64,000 nucleotides of DNA from the NCBI GenBank assembly GCA_964016885.1, contig OZ024753.1, positions 35,712,001 to 35,776,000 on the forward strand, given 5' to 3'. The DNA comes from Eledone cirrhosa (taxonomy: Eukaryota). The notes under the pieces are model-generated. The model saw only the letters and a program-made list of their open reading frames with translations. It was not told where the DNA came from and made no database searches. A program made the position numbers and the translations under genes. This document shows, piece by piece, positions 11,577 through 27,275 of this stretch (the stretch's first letter is position 1; every line of letters starts with the position of its first letter).

Positions 11577-14500
11577 TAGAGATAGAAAGGTAGTCACTAT
11601 ATAGAGATAGAAAGGTAGTCACTATATAGAGATAGAAAGGTAGTCATTATATAGAGATAGTAACACAGTCACTATATAGAGATAGTAAGGTAGTCACTAT
11701 ATAGAAATAGTAGCAGATTCACTATATCGAGATAATAACATTCACTATACAGAGATAGAAAGGTAGTCACTATATAGAGATAGAAAGGTAGTCACTATAC
11801 AGAGATAGAAAGGTAGTCACTATATAGAGATAGAAAAGTAGTCATTATATAGAGATAGTAACACAGTCACTATATAGAGATAGTAAGGTAGTCACTATAT
11901 AGAAATAGTAGCAGATTCACTATATCGAGATAATAACATTCACTATACAGAGATAGAAAGGTAGTCACTATATAGAGATAGAAAGGTAGTCACTATACAG
12001 AGATAGTAAGGTAGTCACTATATAGAGATAGTAAGGTAGTCACTATATAGAGATAGTAAGGTAGTCACTATATAGAGATAGTAAGGTAGTCACTATATAG
12101 AGATAGAAAAATAGTCACTATATAGAGATAGTAAGGTTGTCACTATATAGAGATAGTAAGGTAGTCACTATATAGAGATAGTAAGGTAGTCACTATATAG
12201 AGATAGTAGGTAGTCACTATATAGAGATAGTAACAGTTACTATATAGAGATAGTAAGGTAGTCACTATATAGAGATAGTAAGGTAGTCACTATATAGAGA
12301 TAGTAACACAGTCACTATATAGAGATAGTAACACAGTCACTATATAGAGATAGTAACACAGTCACTATATAGAGATAGAAAGGTAGTCACTATATAGAGA
12401 TAGAAAGGTAGTCACTATATAGAGATAGTAACAGTCACTATATAGAGATAGTAAGGTAGTCACTATATAGAGATAGAAAGGTAGTCACTATATAGAGATA
12501 GAAAGGTAGTCACTATATAGAGATAGTAAGGTAGTCACTATATAGAGATAGTAACAGTCACTATATAGAGATAGAAAGGTAGTCACTATATAGAGATAGT
12601 AAGGTAGTCACTATATAGAGATAGTAAGGTAGTCACTATATAGAGATAGTAACACAGTCACTATATAGAGATAGTAAGGTAGTCACTATATAGAGATAGA
12701 AAGGTAGTCACTATATAGAGATAGTAACAGTCACTATATAGAGATAGAAAGGTAGTCACTATATAGAGATAGTAAGGTAGTCACTATATAGAGATAGAAA
12801 GGTAGTCACTATATAGAGATAGTAAGGTAGTCACTATATAGAGATAGTAACACAGTCACTATATAGAGATAGTAAGGTAGTCACTATATAGAGATAGTAA
12901 GGTAGTCACTATATAGAGATAGTAAGGTAGTCACTATATAGAGATAGAAAGGTAGTCACTATATAGAGATAGTAAGGTAGTCACTATATAGAGATAGTAA
13001 GGTAGTCACTATATAGAGATAGTAAGGTAGTCACTATATAGAGATAGAAAGGTAGTCACTATATAGAGATAGAAAGGTAGTCACTATATAGAGATAGTAA
13101 GGTAGTCACTATATAGAGATAGTAACACAGTCACTATATAGAGATAGTAAGGTAGTCACTATATAGAGATAGTAAGGTAGTCACTATATAGAGATAGAAA
13201 GGTAGTCACTATATAGAGATAGTAAGGTAGTCACTATATAGAGATAGAAAAGTAGTCACTATATAGAGATAGTAAGGTAGTAACTATATAGAGATAGAAA
13301 GGTAGTCACTATATAGAGATAGTAAGGTAGTCACTATATAGAGATAGTAAGGTAGTCACTATATAGAGATAGAAAGGTAGTCACTATATAGAGATAGTAA
13401 GGTAGTCACTATATAGAGATAGTAACACAGTCACTATATAGAGATAGTAAGGTAGTCGCTATATAGAGATAGTAACCCCGTCACTATAGAGATAGTAACA
13501 CAGTCACTATATAGAGATAGTAACACAGTCACTATATAGAGATAATAACAGTCATTATATAGAGATAGTAACACTGTCACTATAGAGATAGTAACACAGT
13601 CACTATATAGAGATAGTAACACAGTCACTATATAGAGATAGTAACACAGTCACTATATAGAGATAGTAACACAGTCACTATATAGAGATAGTAACACAGT
13701 CACTATATAGAGATAGTAACACAGTCACTATATAGAGATAGTAACACTGTCACTATATAGAGATAGTAACACAGTCACTATATAGAGATAGTAACACAGT
13801 CACTATATAGAGATAGTAACACAGTCACTATATAGAGATAGTAACAGTCATTATATAGAGATAGTAACAGTCATTATATAGAGATAGTAACAGTCATTAT
13901 ATAGAGATAGTAACACCGTCACTATATAGAGATAGTAACAGTCATTATATAGAGATAGTAACAGTCATTATATAGAGATAGTAACAGTCATTATATAGAG
14001 ATAGTAACACAGTCACTATATAGAGATAGTAACAGTCATTATATAGAGATAGTAACACCGTCACTATAGAGATAGTAACACAGTCACTATATAGAGATAG
14101 TAACACAGTCACTATATAGAGATAGTAACACAGTCACTATATAGAGATAGTAACACAGTCACTATATAGAGATAGTAACACAGTCACTATATAGAGATAG
14201 TAACACAGTCACTATATAGAGATAGTAACAGTCATTATATAGAGATAGTAACAGTCATTATATAGAGATAGTAACACCGTCACTATAGAGAGATAGTAAC
14301 AGTCATTATATAGAGATAGTAACAGTCATTATATAGAGATAGTAACACAGTCACTATATAGAGATAGTAACACAGTCACTATATAGAGATAGTAACACAG
14401 TCACTATATAGAGATAGTAACACTGTCACTATATAGAGATAGTAACACAGTCACTATATAGAGATAGTAACACAGTCACTATATAGAGATAGTAACACTG

Positions 14501-14765
14501 TCACTATATAGAGATAGTAACACAGTCACTATATAGAGATAGTAACACAGTCACTATATAGAGATAGTAACAGTCATTATATAGAGATAGTAACAGTCAT
14601 TATATAGAGATAGTAACACCGTCACTATAGAGATAGTAACACAGTCACTATATAGAGATAGTAACACAGTCACTATATAGAGATAGTAACAGTCATTATA
14701 TAGAGATAGTAACAGTCATTATATAGAGATAGTAACACCGTCACTATAGAGAGATAGTAAGATAG
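11577..14765. repeat. 23-25-bp minisatellite, ~130 copies (GTCACTATATAGAGATAGTA-AGGTA/ACACA/ACA)
   Basis: Direct tandem periodicity; the unit contains the palindrome CTATATAG. Confidence 0.95.
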
Positions 14766-16293
14766 TCAGTAAGTATAAAAAAACAGTAACTACCTCCCTT
14801 CTTACCTACCTACCTACTTACCTATCAGTCTGTCGGAGAGGCTGTCTGCCCACCCCTCTATCTTTCTATCACTTTCCCTGTCTTTCTATAAGGACATGGC
14901 TTGATACTATGTGGAATGGTCAGTCAGTTAGTGGTCCAAGAGGAACTGCCAGAAGTTGGAAGTAGTAGTATCAACCTTGATATACTGAAACTATAGTGAT
15001 TTCCAGAGGCTGGCTGAGGAGAAGGGACTATATATGTACAAATATATACATATGTGAATACGTGTGTGTGTGTGTGTGTGTGTATGTATGTGTGTGTGTA
15101 TGTATGTATGTGTGAACATATGTGTACGTGTATGAACATGAGTTTATGTACATGTGTGTATGTGCATATGTGTATGTGTAATGTCTGTGTGAATGGAAGA
15201 TGAAAGAATTAGGTGTCATGTAAGGGATTCAATTTGTGAATACTGCTGTGTTTGACCTTGAGGTCAAAATAGAGATGGAAGGTGGAGAGAGAACTCTAGT
15301 TCTATGGAAGGTGGTAGTTCAGAAGGGGAGGGGGAGAGAGAGACATATATATATATGAGTACATGTGTGTGTGTGTGAGTATATATATATATATACATAC
15401 ACTCACACACACATGTATGTATGTACATGTGTGTATATGTGTATGTGTATGAATATGTGTATATGCATGTGTGTATATATGTGCATGCATATGTATGTAT
15501 ACATGTTTGTATATATGTGTGTCTATATATATATATATACACACACACACACATGTATACATACACATGCATGCACATATGTACACACACATGTACATAC
15601 ATACATATACACACACAGAGAAGGGGAGACAGAGAAGAGAGGAGAGAGAGAGAGAGAGAGGCAGAAGATTACCAGAGGGGGAGTTAGAGAGCAGAAAAGA
15701 GGAGAGAGAGAGAGGGTGAAGAGTGCGAGAGGGGGAGTTAGAGAGGAGAGGAAAGGAAGAGAGTAGTACAAGGCATTCTGGGAATAAAGCAATGGTGTAG
15801 TGGGATATAGATAGGGATCCCCACCCTCCTCCATCGTCCTACCCCTGCTGTTAATAATAAGCAGACAGCTAAAAACACAAGAAAAAATCCTTTCTTCTGT
15901 GTCAGCTAAAATATCATTATAGCTTTATTTGTTCCAGTGTAAAAACTACCAGTTGTCTGTCTGTCTGTCTGTGTGAGGAGAGAGGAGGGGGGGGGGCTGA
16001 GAGAGAGAGAGGGGGAGGATTGTAGAGAGTGAGAGAGAGAGAGGGGTGAGAGAGACAAAGAGGAAGAGACAAGGAAAGAGAAAGACAGAGAAAAAGACGA
16101 GAGAGAGACAGACAGAGGGAAAGAGGAGAGAGAGAGAGAAGGAGACAGAGAGAGAGAGAGGGGGTATATTTCAATACTGGTCTTTAAGAAACTACCAAGA
16201 TTGGAGGTGCAATATATTGTCAAAGATGTACCAGCCATAAATAAGGTCTACCAATTCATATGAGACTCAGATTTAACAAGATATATATATTAG

Positions 16294-16382
16294 ACAGGGT
16301 GTCCCCCAAAAATGTATACACACTTTGATTACCTGAACAGGCAATATGTATGAGAATGGTGTATACATTTTTTTTGGAGACG
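16294..16382. mobile_element. Tc1/mariner-type MITE copy, opposite orientation to 46082-46183
   Basis: TIR CAGGGTGTCCCCCAAAAATGTATACAC; internal GATTACCTGAACAGGCAATA is the near-exact reverse complement of TATTGCCTGTACAGGTAATC in the 46 kb copy. Confidence 0.7.
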
Positions 16383-16399
16383 ATAAATATATATATATA

Positions 16400-16977
16400 T
16401 CATCATCATCATCATCATCGTTTAACATCTACCTTCCACGCTAGCATGGGTTAGACGGGAATTGCCCCACTTGAGGCAAGATTGGTCGGGTGACCGTGTC
16501 TCGCTCGTATAGGACTGTATCTGGCAAGTTTTCTATGGCTGGATGCCCTTCCTAACACCAACCACATTTACAGCGAGGACTGGGAGCTTTTTACCGTGTT
16601 ACCTACACGGCCACATTACAGCGTGGACTGTGTTTTTTTTTTTTTGTTGTGTCACCTACACGACCTCATTAGTTTGGGCTGGATGTTGTGGTACCAACAT
16701 AACTTTATAGAGAAAGGGGTGGTGTTGGTGGGAGTGGAAGGATGTAGTATGGGTAGTCGGTTGGGGTGTATGTTTGGTTTGGAGGGGCCTGACTGACTGT
16801 AGGTTAACTTTGCATATATATATATCATCATCGTTTAACGTCCATCTTCCACGCTAGCATGGGTTAGACGGGAGTTGTCCCACTTGAGGCAAGGTTGGTC
16901 GGGTGACCATGTCTTCCTCATATAGGACTATATACATATCATCATAGTTTAACATCCATTTTCCACGCTAGCATGGG

Positions 16978-17038
<61 letters not shown>

Positions 17039-17483
17039 CATTTAACTGCTTCATATAAGCTGTCTTTGGGTTTCACTTTTCTCTTCTTTGTCTCTGGTTT
17101 TTGTTTCTTCTTTATAAGGTTTATTAAAGACATTTCTCAGTCTGTCATGGCTGACCAACTCTAGAAGGACATTTAGATTGGTTCAATAAATGGATAAATA
17201 TCCATTTTCCAAACTAATGGAGTCGTGTAGGTGTCACGACAAAAACACACAGTCCACGCTGTAATATGGCCGTGTAGGTAACACGGTAAAAAGGCTCCCA
17301 ATTCACACTGTAAATGTGGTTGGTGTTAGGAAGGGCATCCAGCCATAGAAAACCTGCCAGATACAGTCCTATACGAGCGAGACACAGTCACCCGACCAAT
17401 CTTGCCTCAAGTGGGGCAATTCCCGTCTAACCCATGCTAGTGTGGAAGATAGAAGTTAAACGATGATGATGATGATGATGATG
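16400..17483. mobile_element. Inverted pair of ~275-bp SINE/RTE-tail copies (16400-16678 minus, 17208-17483 plus)
   Basis: The arms are near-perfect reverse complements, with (CAT)n/(GAT)n tails facing outward. Confidence 0.85.
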
Positions 17484-18283
17484 GAGTACTCAATACCTGT
17501 GTAGAGATTGACAGTGTTTATTTTGCTTGTGTTTTGTCTGTTGTTGTGTCTAGCCCTAGCTGCATGACAGTGGACAATCTTGTCGACAATAATAGAGGGG
17601 GGTAATGGGGATAGAGAGGAGAGAGGGGGAAGGAGAGGGAGAGAGAGGGGTGGGTGGATGGGCTTAGTGGAGATAGAAAGGAGACAGAGGGGGAATGGGA
17701 GAGAGAGAGAGTGAGGGAGAAGAGAGAGATAGGAGAGAGGGTGAAAGAGGAAGGGCGGGAGAAGAGAGATAGGAGAGAGAGGGTGAAAGAGGGAAGGGAG
17801 GGAGAAGAGAGGGAGAGAGGAGAGAGAGAGCAGAGGGAGGAGAGAGAGAGAGAGAGAGACCGAAGAAGATATCAAACAAATCTAGCACAAAGTGGTTGTT
17901 ACTTGACAATCATGATTTATTATAAAGATATATATATATATATATACACAGTACACTTGACCTTTCTATTATTTGTACTCAAATTAGAATGGTTACTTCA
18001 AGAGTAGTTAGAATAATTATGAGGTGGGGGATGGGGCAGTAAGATTAGATGAACTTTGAATTCTGATTAATTTGAGAAATTAATTAATTCTGTTTTTTTA
18101 GTTCCATAGGCTATTATTTTAAAGGTAGTTGTAATTGTTGTTGTTTAGCACCATATCATCCATAATGAGGTAGCCTTGTGAACTGGGATAAACCCCTTTC
18201 AGTCACTTCTTATGATTCAGTAAATCCCTCCAAATTCTTTGATAATTGATTCATATTTCATTAGAAATACACTAACATATATA

Positions 18284-18388
18284 AGGGTCGGCTGAAAAGT
18301 TCATAGGCTGACTATGAAGGATTGATGCTAGAGCTGAGAAATCTTGCATGCATTCATTTCACCTCTTCTTATTAATAATTACATTGTA
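18284..18388. mobile_element. Mariner-like TIR fragment
   Basis: TA-AGGGTCGGCTGAAAAGTTCATAGGCTGAC resembles mariner terminal repeats; only one end is seen. Confidence 0.4.
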
Positions 18389-18389
18389 A

Positions 18390-21300
18390 AGAAACAACAA
18401 CACTACCACCGCAACCAGCACCACCACCACCAATACCACCACCACTAACACTACAACACCACAATAACCACCACCACCACCTCCAACACCAACAACCACT
18501 ACCACCACTAACACTATAACACCACCACTACCACCAAACAACCACAACAACCACAACCACAACAACAACAACAACCACCACCACAACCACCAAAAGACCA
18601 CCACTAACACCACCACAAGCACTACAACCAACACCAATACTAACACCATACATACACCAACACAAAGAACACTCCCACCAAACTACCAACACTAACACCA
18701 CCATCACTACAACAACCACCAAACTACCACCACCAACAACAACACTACAACAACCACCAAACACCACCACCATCAATAACCCTACAACAATCACCAAACC
18801 ACCACCACAAACAACCCTACAACAATCACCAAACCACCACCACCAACAACCCTACAACAATCACCAAACCACCACCACCAACAACCCTACAACAATCACC
18901 AAACTACCACCACCACCACCACCAACAACACTACAACAACCACCAAACCACCCCCACCATCACCAACAACAACCACCAAACCACCCCCACCATCACCAAC
19001 AACAACACTACAACAACCACCAAACCACCACCAACAACACTACAACAACCACCAAACCACCACCACCATCACCACCAACAACACTACAACAACCACCAAA
19101 CCACCACCACCAACAACACTACAACAACCACCAAACCACCCCCACCATCACCAACAACAACACTACAACAACCACCAAACCACCACCACCATCACCACCA
19201 ACAACACTACAACAACCACCAAACCACCACCACCACCAACAACACTACAACAACCACCAAACCACCACCACCATCACCACCAACAACACTACAACAACCA
19301 CCAAACCACCACCACCAACAACAACACTACAACAACCACCAAACCACCACCACCAACAACAACACTACAACAACCACCAAACCACCACCACCACCAACAA
19401 CAACACTACAACAACCACCAAACCACCACCACCATCACCACCAACAACACTACAACAACCACCAAACCACCACCACCACCACCAACAACAACACTACAGC
19501 AACCACCATCACCACCAACAACACTACAGCAACCACCAAACCACCACCACCAACAACAACACTACAACAACCACCAAACCACCACCACCACCAACAACAA
19601 CACTACAACAACCACCAAACCACCACCACCATCACCACCAACAACACTACAACAACCACCAAACCACCACCACCACCACCAACAACAACACTACAGCAAC
19701 CACCATCACCACCAACAACACTACAACAACCACCAAACCACCACCACCACCACCACCAACAATAACACTACAGCAACCACCAAACCACCATCACCAACAA
19801 CAACACTACAACAACCACCAAACCACCACCACCACCACCACCAACAATACTACAGCAACCACCAAACCACCATCACCAACAACAACACTACAACAACCAC
19901 CAAACCACCACCACCACCAACAACAACAACACTACAACCACCAAACCACCACCACCATCACCACCAACAACACTACAACAACCACCAAACCACCACCACC
20001 ACCAACAACAACACTACAACAACCACCAAACCACCAAACCACCATCACCAACAACAACACTACAACAACCACCAAACCACCACCACCACCACCACCAACA
20101 ATACTACAGCAACCACCAAACCACCATCACCAACAACAACACTACAAAAACCACCAAACCACCACCACCACCACCAACAACAACACTACAACCACCAAAC
20201 CACCACCACCATCACCACCAACAACACTACAACAACCACCAAACCACCACCACCACCACCAACAACAACACTACAACAACCACCAAACCACCAAACCACC
20301 ATCACCAACAACAACCACCAAACCACCACCACCACCACCAACAACAACACTACAGCAACCACCAAACCACCATCACCAACAACAACACTACAACAACCAC
20401 CAAACCACCACCACCACCAACAACACTACAGCAACCACCAAACCACCATCACCAACAACAACACTACAACAACCACCAAACCACCACCAACAACAACAAC
20501 ACTACAGCAACCACCAAACCACCACCACCATCACCACCAACAACACTACAACAACCACCAAACCACCACCACCATCACCACCAACAACACTACAACAACC
20601 ACCAAACCACCACCAACACTACAGCAACCACCAAACCACCATCACCAACAACAACACTACAACAACCACCAAACCACCACCAACAACACTACAACAACCA
20701 CCAAACCACCACCAACAACACTACAACAACCACCAAACCACCACCACCATCACCACCAACAACACTACAACAACCACCAAACCACCACCACCATCACCAC
20801 CAACAACACTACAACAACCACCAAACCACCACCAACACTACAGCAACCACCAAACCACCATCACCAACAACAACACTACAACAACCACCAAACCACCACC
20901 AACAACACTACAACAACCACCAAACCACCACCAACAACACTACAACAACCACCAAACCACCACCACCATCACCACCAACAACAGTACAACAACCACCAAA
21001 CCACCAACAACAACACTACAACAACCACCAAACCACCACCACCATCACCACCAACAACACTACAACAACCACCAAACCACCACCACCATCACCAACAACA
21101 ACACTACAACAACCACCAAACCACCATCACCACCAACAACACTACAACAACCACCAAACCACCAACAACAACACTACAACAACCACCAAACTACCACCAC
21201 CATCACCACCAACAACACTACAACAACCACCAAACCACCACCACCACCACCAACAACACTACAACAACCACCAAACCACCACCACCATCACCAACAACAC

Positions 21301-24300
21301 TACAACAACCACCAAACCACCACCACCACCACCAACACTACAACAACCACCAAACCACCACCACCATCACCAACAACACTACAACAACCACCAAACCACC
21401 ACCACCATCACCACCAACAACACTACAACAACCACCAAACCACCACCACCACCAACAACAACACTACAACAACCACCAAACCACCACCACCACCACCAAC
21501 AACAACACTACAACAACCACCAAACCACCACCACCATCACCAACAACACTACAACAACCACCAAACCACCACCACCATCACCAACAACACTACAACAACC
21601 ACCAAACCACCACCACCACCAACAACACTACAACAACCACCAAACCACCACCACCATCACCACCAACACTACAACAACCACCAACCACCACCACCACCAC
21701 CAAACCACCACCAACACCACTACAACCAACCACCAACCCCACCACCAACAACACTACAACAACCACCAAACCACCACCACCATCACCACCAACAACACTA
21801 CAACAACCACCAAACCACCCACCACCAACCACCCACCACCTACAACAACCACCAACCACCACCACCACACCACCAACAACACTACAACAACCACCAAACC
21901 ACCACCACCCTCACCCCACACACCCCACCACCACCACCACCCACAACACCAACCACACCACCAACCACCAACACACAACAACACCACCACCAACAACAAC
22001 ACTACAACAACCACCAACCACACCACCACACCACCAACACACCACAACACCCACCAACACACCACCAACCATACACACAACACAACATTACACACCAACC
22101 AAAACTCCAACCAACAGCCCTAACAAACACCACCAACCCACCAACCACCTACAACCACAACAATCACCAAACACAAACCACCACTCACCAACAACACTAA
22201 CAACAACCACCACACCACACAACACCTACAACAACCAACAAACCACCACCACCAACGCACCACACCCCAACAACCAACACCACCACCCACCAAACACCAA
22301 CCACCACCCCCACACACCAACAACACTACAACAACCACCAACCACCACCACCAACAACACTACAACAACCACCAAACCACCCCCACCATCACCACCAACA
22401 ACACTACAACAACCACCAAACCACCACCAACAACACCACAACAACCACCAACCACCACCACCATCACCACCAACAACACTACAACAACCACCAAACCACC
22501 ACCACCAACACCACCAACAACACTACAACAACCACCAAACCACCACCACCACCAACAACACACTACAACAACCACCAAACCACCACCACCATCACCACCA
22601 ACAACACTACAACAACCACCAAACCACCACCACCAACAACACTACAACAACCACCAAACCACCACCACCACCACCACCAACAACAACACTACAACAACCA
22701 CCAAACCACCACCACCATCACCACCAACACTACAACAACCACCAAACCACCACCACCACCAACAACACTACAACAACCACCAAACCACCACCAACAACAC
22801 TACAACAACCACCAAACCACCACCACCATCACCACCAACAACACTACAACAACCACCAAACCACCACCACCACCAACAACACTACAACAACCACCAAACC
22901 ACCACCACCATCACCACCAACAACACTACAACAACCACCAAACCACCACCACCAACAACAACACTACAACAACCACCAAACCACCACCACCAACAACAAC
23001 ACTACAACAACCACCAAACCACCACCACCAACAACAACACTACAACAACCACCAAACCACCACCACCACCACCACCAACAACAACACTACAACAACCACC
23101 AAACCACCACCACCATCACCACCAACACTACAACAACCACCAAACCACCACCACCACCAACAACACTACAACAACCACCAAACCACCACCAACAACACTA
23201 CAACAACCACCAAACCACCACCACCATCACCACCAACAACACTACAACAACCACCAAACCACCACCACCACCAACAACACTACAACAACCACCAAACCAC
23301 CACCACCATCACCACCAACAACACTACAACAACCACCAAACCACCACCACCACCAACAACACTACAACAACCACCAAACCACCACCACCATCACCACCAA
23401 CACTACAGCAACCACCAAACCACCACCACCAACACTACAACAACCACCAAACTACCACCACCATCACCACCAACAACAACACTACAACAACCACCAAACC
23501 ACCACCACCATCACCACCAACAACACTACAACAACCACCAAACCACCACCACCACCACCAACAACAACACTACAGCAACCACCATCACCACCAACAACAC
23601 TACAACAACCACCAAACCACCACCACCACCAACAACAACACTACAGCAACCACCAAACCACCATCACCAACAACAACACTACAACAACCACCAAACCACC
23701 ACCACCACCACCACCAACAATACTACAGCAACCACCAAACCACCATCACCAACAACAACACTACAACAACCACCAAACCACCACCACCAACAACAACACT
23801 ACAACCACCAAACCACCACCACCATCACCACCAACAACACTACAACAACCACCAAACCACCACCACCACCAACAACAACACTACAACAACCACCAAACCA
23901 CCAAACCACCATCACCAACAACAACACTACAACAACCACCAAACCACCACCACCACCACCACCAACAATACTACAGCAACCACCAAACCACCATCACCAA
24001 CAACAACACTACAACAACCACCAAACCACCACCACCACCACCAACAACAACACTACAACCACCAAACCACCACCACCATCACCACCAACAACACTACAAC
24101 AACCACCAAACCACCACCACCACCACCAACAACAACAACACTACAACAACCACCAAACCACCAAACCACCATCACCAACAACAACCACCAAACCACCACC
24201 ACCAACAACAACACTACAGCAACCACCAAACCACCATCACCAACAACAACACTACAACAACCACCAAACCACCACCACCACCAACAACACTACAGCAACC

Positions 24301-27275
24301 ACCAAACCACCATCACCAACAACAACACTACACCATCACCAACAACAACCACCAAACCACCACCACCAACAACAACACTACAGCAACCACCAAACCACCA
24401 TCACCAACAACAACACTACAACAACCACCAAACCACCACCACCACCAACAACACTACAGCAACCACCAAACCACCATCACCAACAACAACACTACAACAA
24501 CCACCAAACCACCACCACCACCAACAACAACAACACTACAGCAACCACCAAACCATCACCACCAACAACACTACAACAACCACCAAACCACCACCACCAT
24601 CACCACCAACAACACTACAACAACCACCAAACCACCACCAACACTACAGCAACCACCAAACCACCATCACCAACAACAACACTACAACAACCACCAAACC
24701 ACCACCAACAACACTACAACAACCACCAAACCACCACCAACAACACTACAACAACCACCAAACCACCACCACCATCACCACCAACAACACTACAACAACC
24801 ACCAAACCACCATCACCACCAACAACACTACAACAACCACCAAACCACCAACAACAACACTACAACAACCACCAAACCACCACCACCATCACCACCAACA
24901 ACACTACAACAACCACCAAACCACCACCACCAACAACAACACTACAACAACCACCAAACCACCATCACCACCAACAACACTACAACAACCACCAAACCAC
25001 CAACAACAACACTACAACAACCACCAAACTACCACCACCATCACCACCAACAACACTACAACAACCACCAAACCACCACCACCACCACCAACAACACTAC
25101 AACAACCACCAAACCACCACCACCATCACCAACAACACTACAACAACCACCAAACCACCACCACCACCACCAACAACACTACAACAACCACCAAACCACC
25201 ACCACCAACAACACTACAACAACCACCAAACCACCACCACCATCACCACCAACAACACTACAACAACCACCAAACCACCACCACCACCAACAACAACACT
25301 ACAACAACCACCAAACCACCACCACCACCACCAACAACAACACTACAACAACCACCAAACCACCACCACCATCACCAACAACACTACAACAACCACCAAA
25401 CCACCACCACCATCACCAACAACACTACAACAACCACCAAACCACCACCACCACCAACAACACTACAACAACCACCAAACCACCACCACCATCACCACCA
25501 ACACTACAACAACCACCAAACCACCACCACCACCACCAAACCACCACCAACAACACTACAACAACCACCAAACCACCACCAACAACACTACAACAACCAC
25601 CAAACCACCACCACCATCACCACCAACACTACAACAACCACCAAACCACCACCAACAACACTACAACAACCACCAAACCACCACCACCATCACCACCAAC
25701 AACACTACAACAACCACCAAACCACCACCACCATCACCACTAACACTACAACAACCACCAAACCACCACCAACAACACTACAACAACCACCAAACCACCA
25801 CCACCATCACCACCAACAACACTACAACAACCACCAAACCACCACCACCACCAACAACACTACAACAACCACCAAACCACCACCATCACCACCAACAACA
25901 CTACAACAACCACCAAACCACCACCACCATCACCACCAACAACACTACAACAACCAGCAAACCACCACCACCACCAACAACAACACTACAGCAACCACCA
26001 AACCACCATCACCAACAACAACACTACAACAACCACCAAACCACCACCACCATCACCACCAACAACACTACAACAACCACCAAACCACCATCACCACCAA
26101 CAACACTACAACAACCACCAAACCACCACCAACAACACTACAGCAACCACCAAACCACCATCACCAACAACAATACTACAACAACCACCAAACCACCACC
26201 ACCACCAACAACACTACAACAACCACCAAACCACCACCACCATCACCACCAACAACACTACAACAACCACCAAACCACCACCACCATCACCACCAACAAC
26301 CACCAAACCACCACCACCATCACCACCAACAACACTACAACAACCACCAAACCACCACCACCATCACCACCAACAACACTACAACAACCACCAAACCACC
26401 AACAATAACACTACAACAACCACCAAACCACCACCACCATCACCACCAACAACACTACAACAACCACCAAACCACCACCACCACCACCAACAACACTACA
26501 ACAACCACCAAACCACCACCACCATCACCAACAACACTACAACAACCACCAAACCACCACCACCATCACCAACAACACTACAACAACCACCAAACCACCA
26601 CCAACAACACTACAACAACCACCAAACCACCACCACCATCACCACCAACACTACAACCACCACCAAACCACCACCACCACCACCACCAAACCACCACCAA
26701 CAACACTACAACAACCACCAAACCACCACCACCACCAACAACACTACAACAACCACCAAACCACCACCACCATCACCACCAACACTACAACAACCACCAA
26801 ACCACCACCACCACCACCACCAAACCACCACCAACAACACTACAACAACCACCAAACCACCACCACCACCAAACCACCACCAACAACACTACAACAACCA
26901 CCAAACCACCATCACCACCAACAACACTACAACAACCACCAAACCACCATCACCACCAACAACACTACAACAACCACCACCACCACCAAACCACCACCAA
27001 CAACACTACAACAACCACCAAACCACCACCACCACCACCACCACCAAACCACCACCAACAACACTACAACAACCACCAAACCACCACCACCAACAACAAC
27101 ACTACAACAACCACCAAACCACCACCACCACCAACAACACTACAACAACCACCAAACCACCACCACCATCACCATCACCACCAACAACCACCAAACCACA
27201 ACCACCACCACCACCACCACCACCACAACAACCACCAAACCACCATCACACCACCACCACCACAACACCACACAT
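18390..27275. repeat. ~8.9-kb (ACC/AAC)-based satellite (core AACACTACAACAACCACCAAACCACC)
   Basis: Direct observation; variable-length units, with very few G on the + strand. Confidence 0.95.

Noticed and set aside
16196-16238. MAGTSL... as UBE2G2 exon 1
   Set aside because: It lies downstream of the gene on the minus strand, and similarity ends after about 6 codons.
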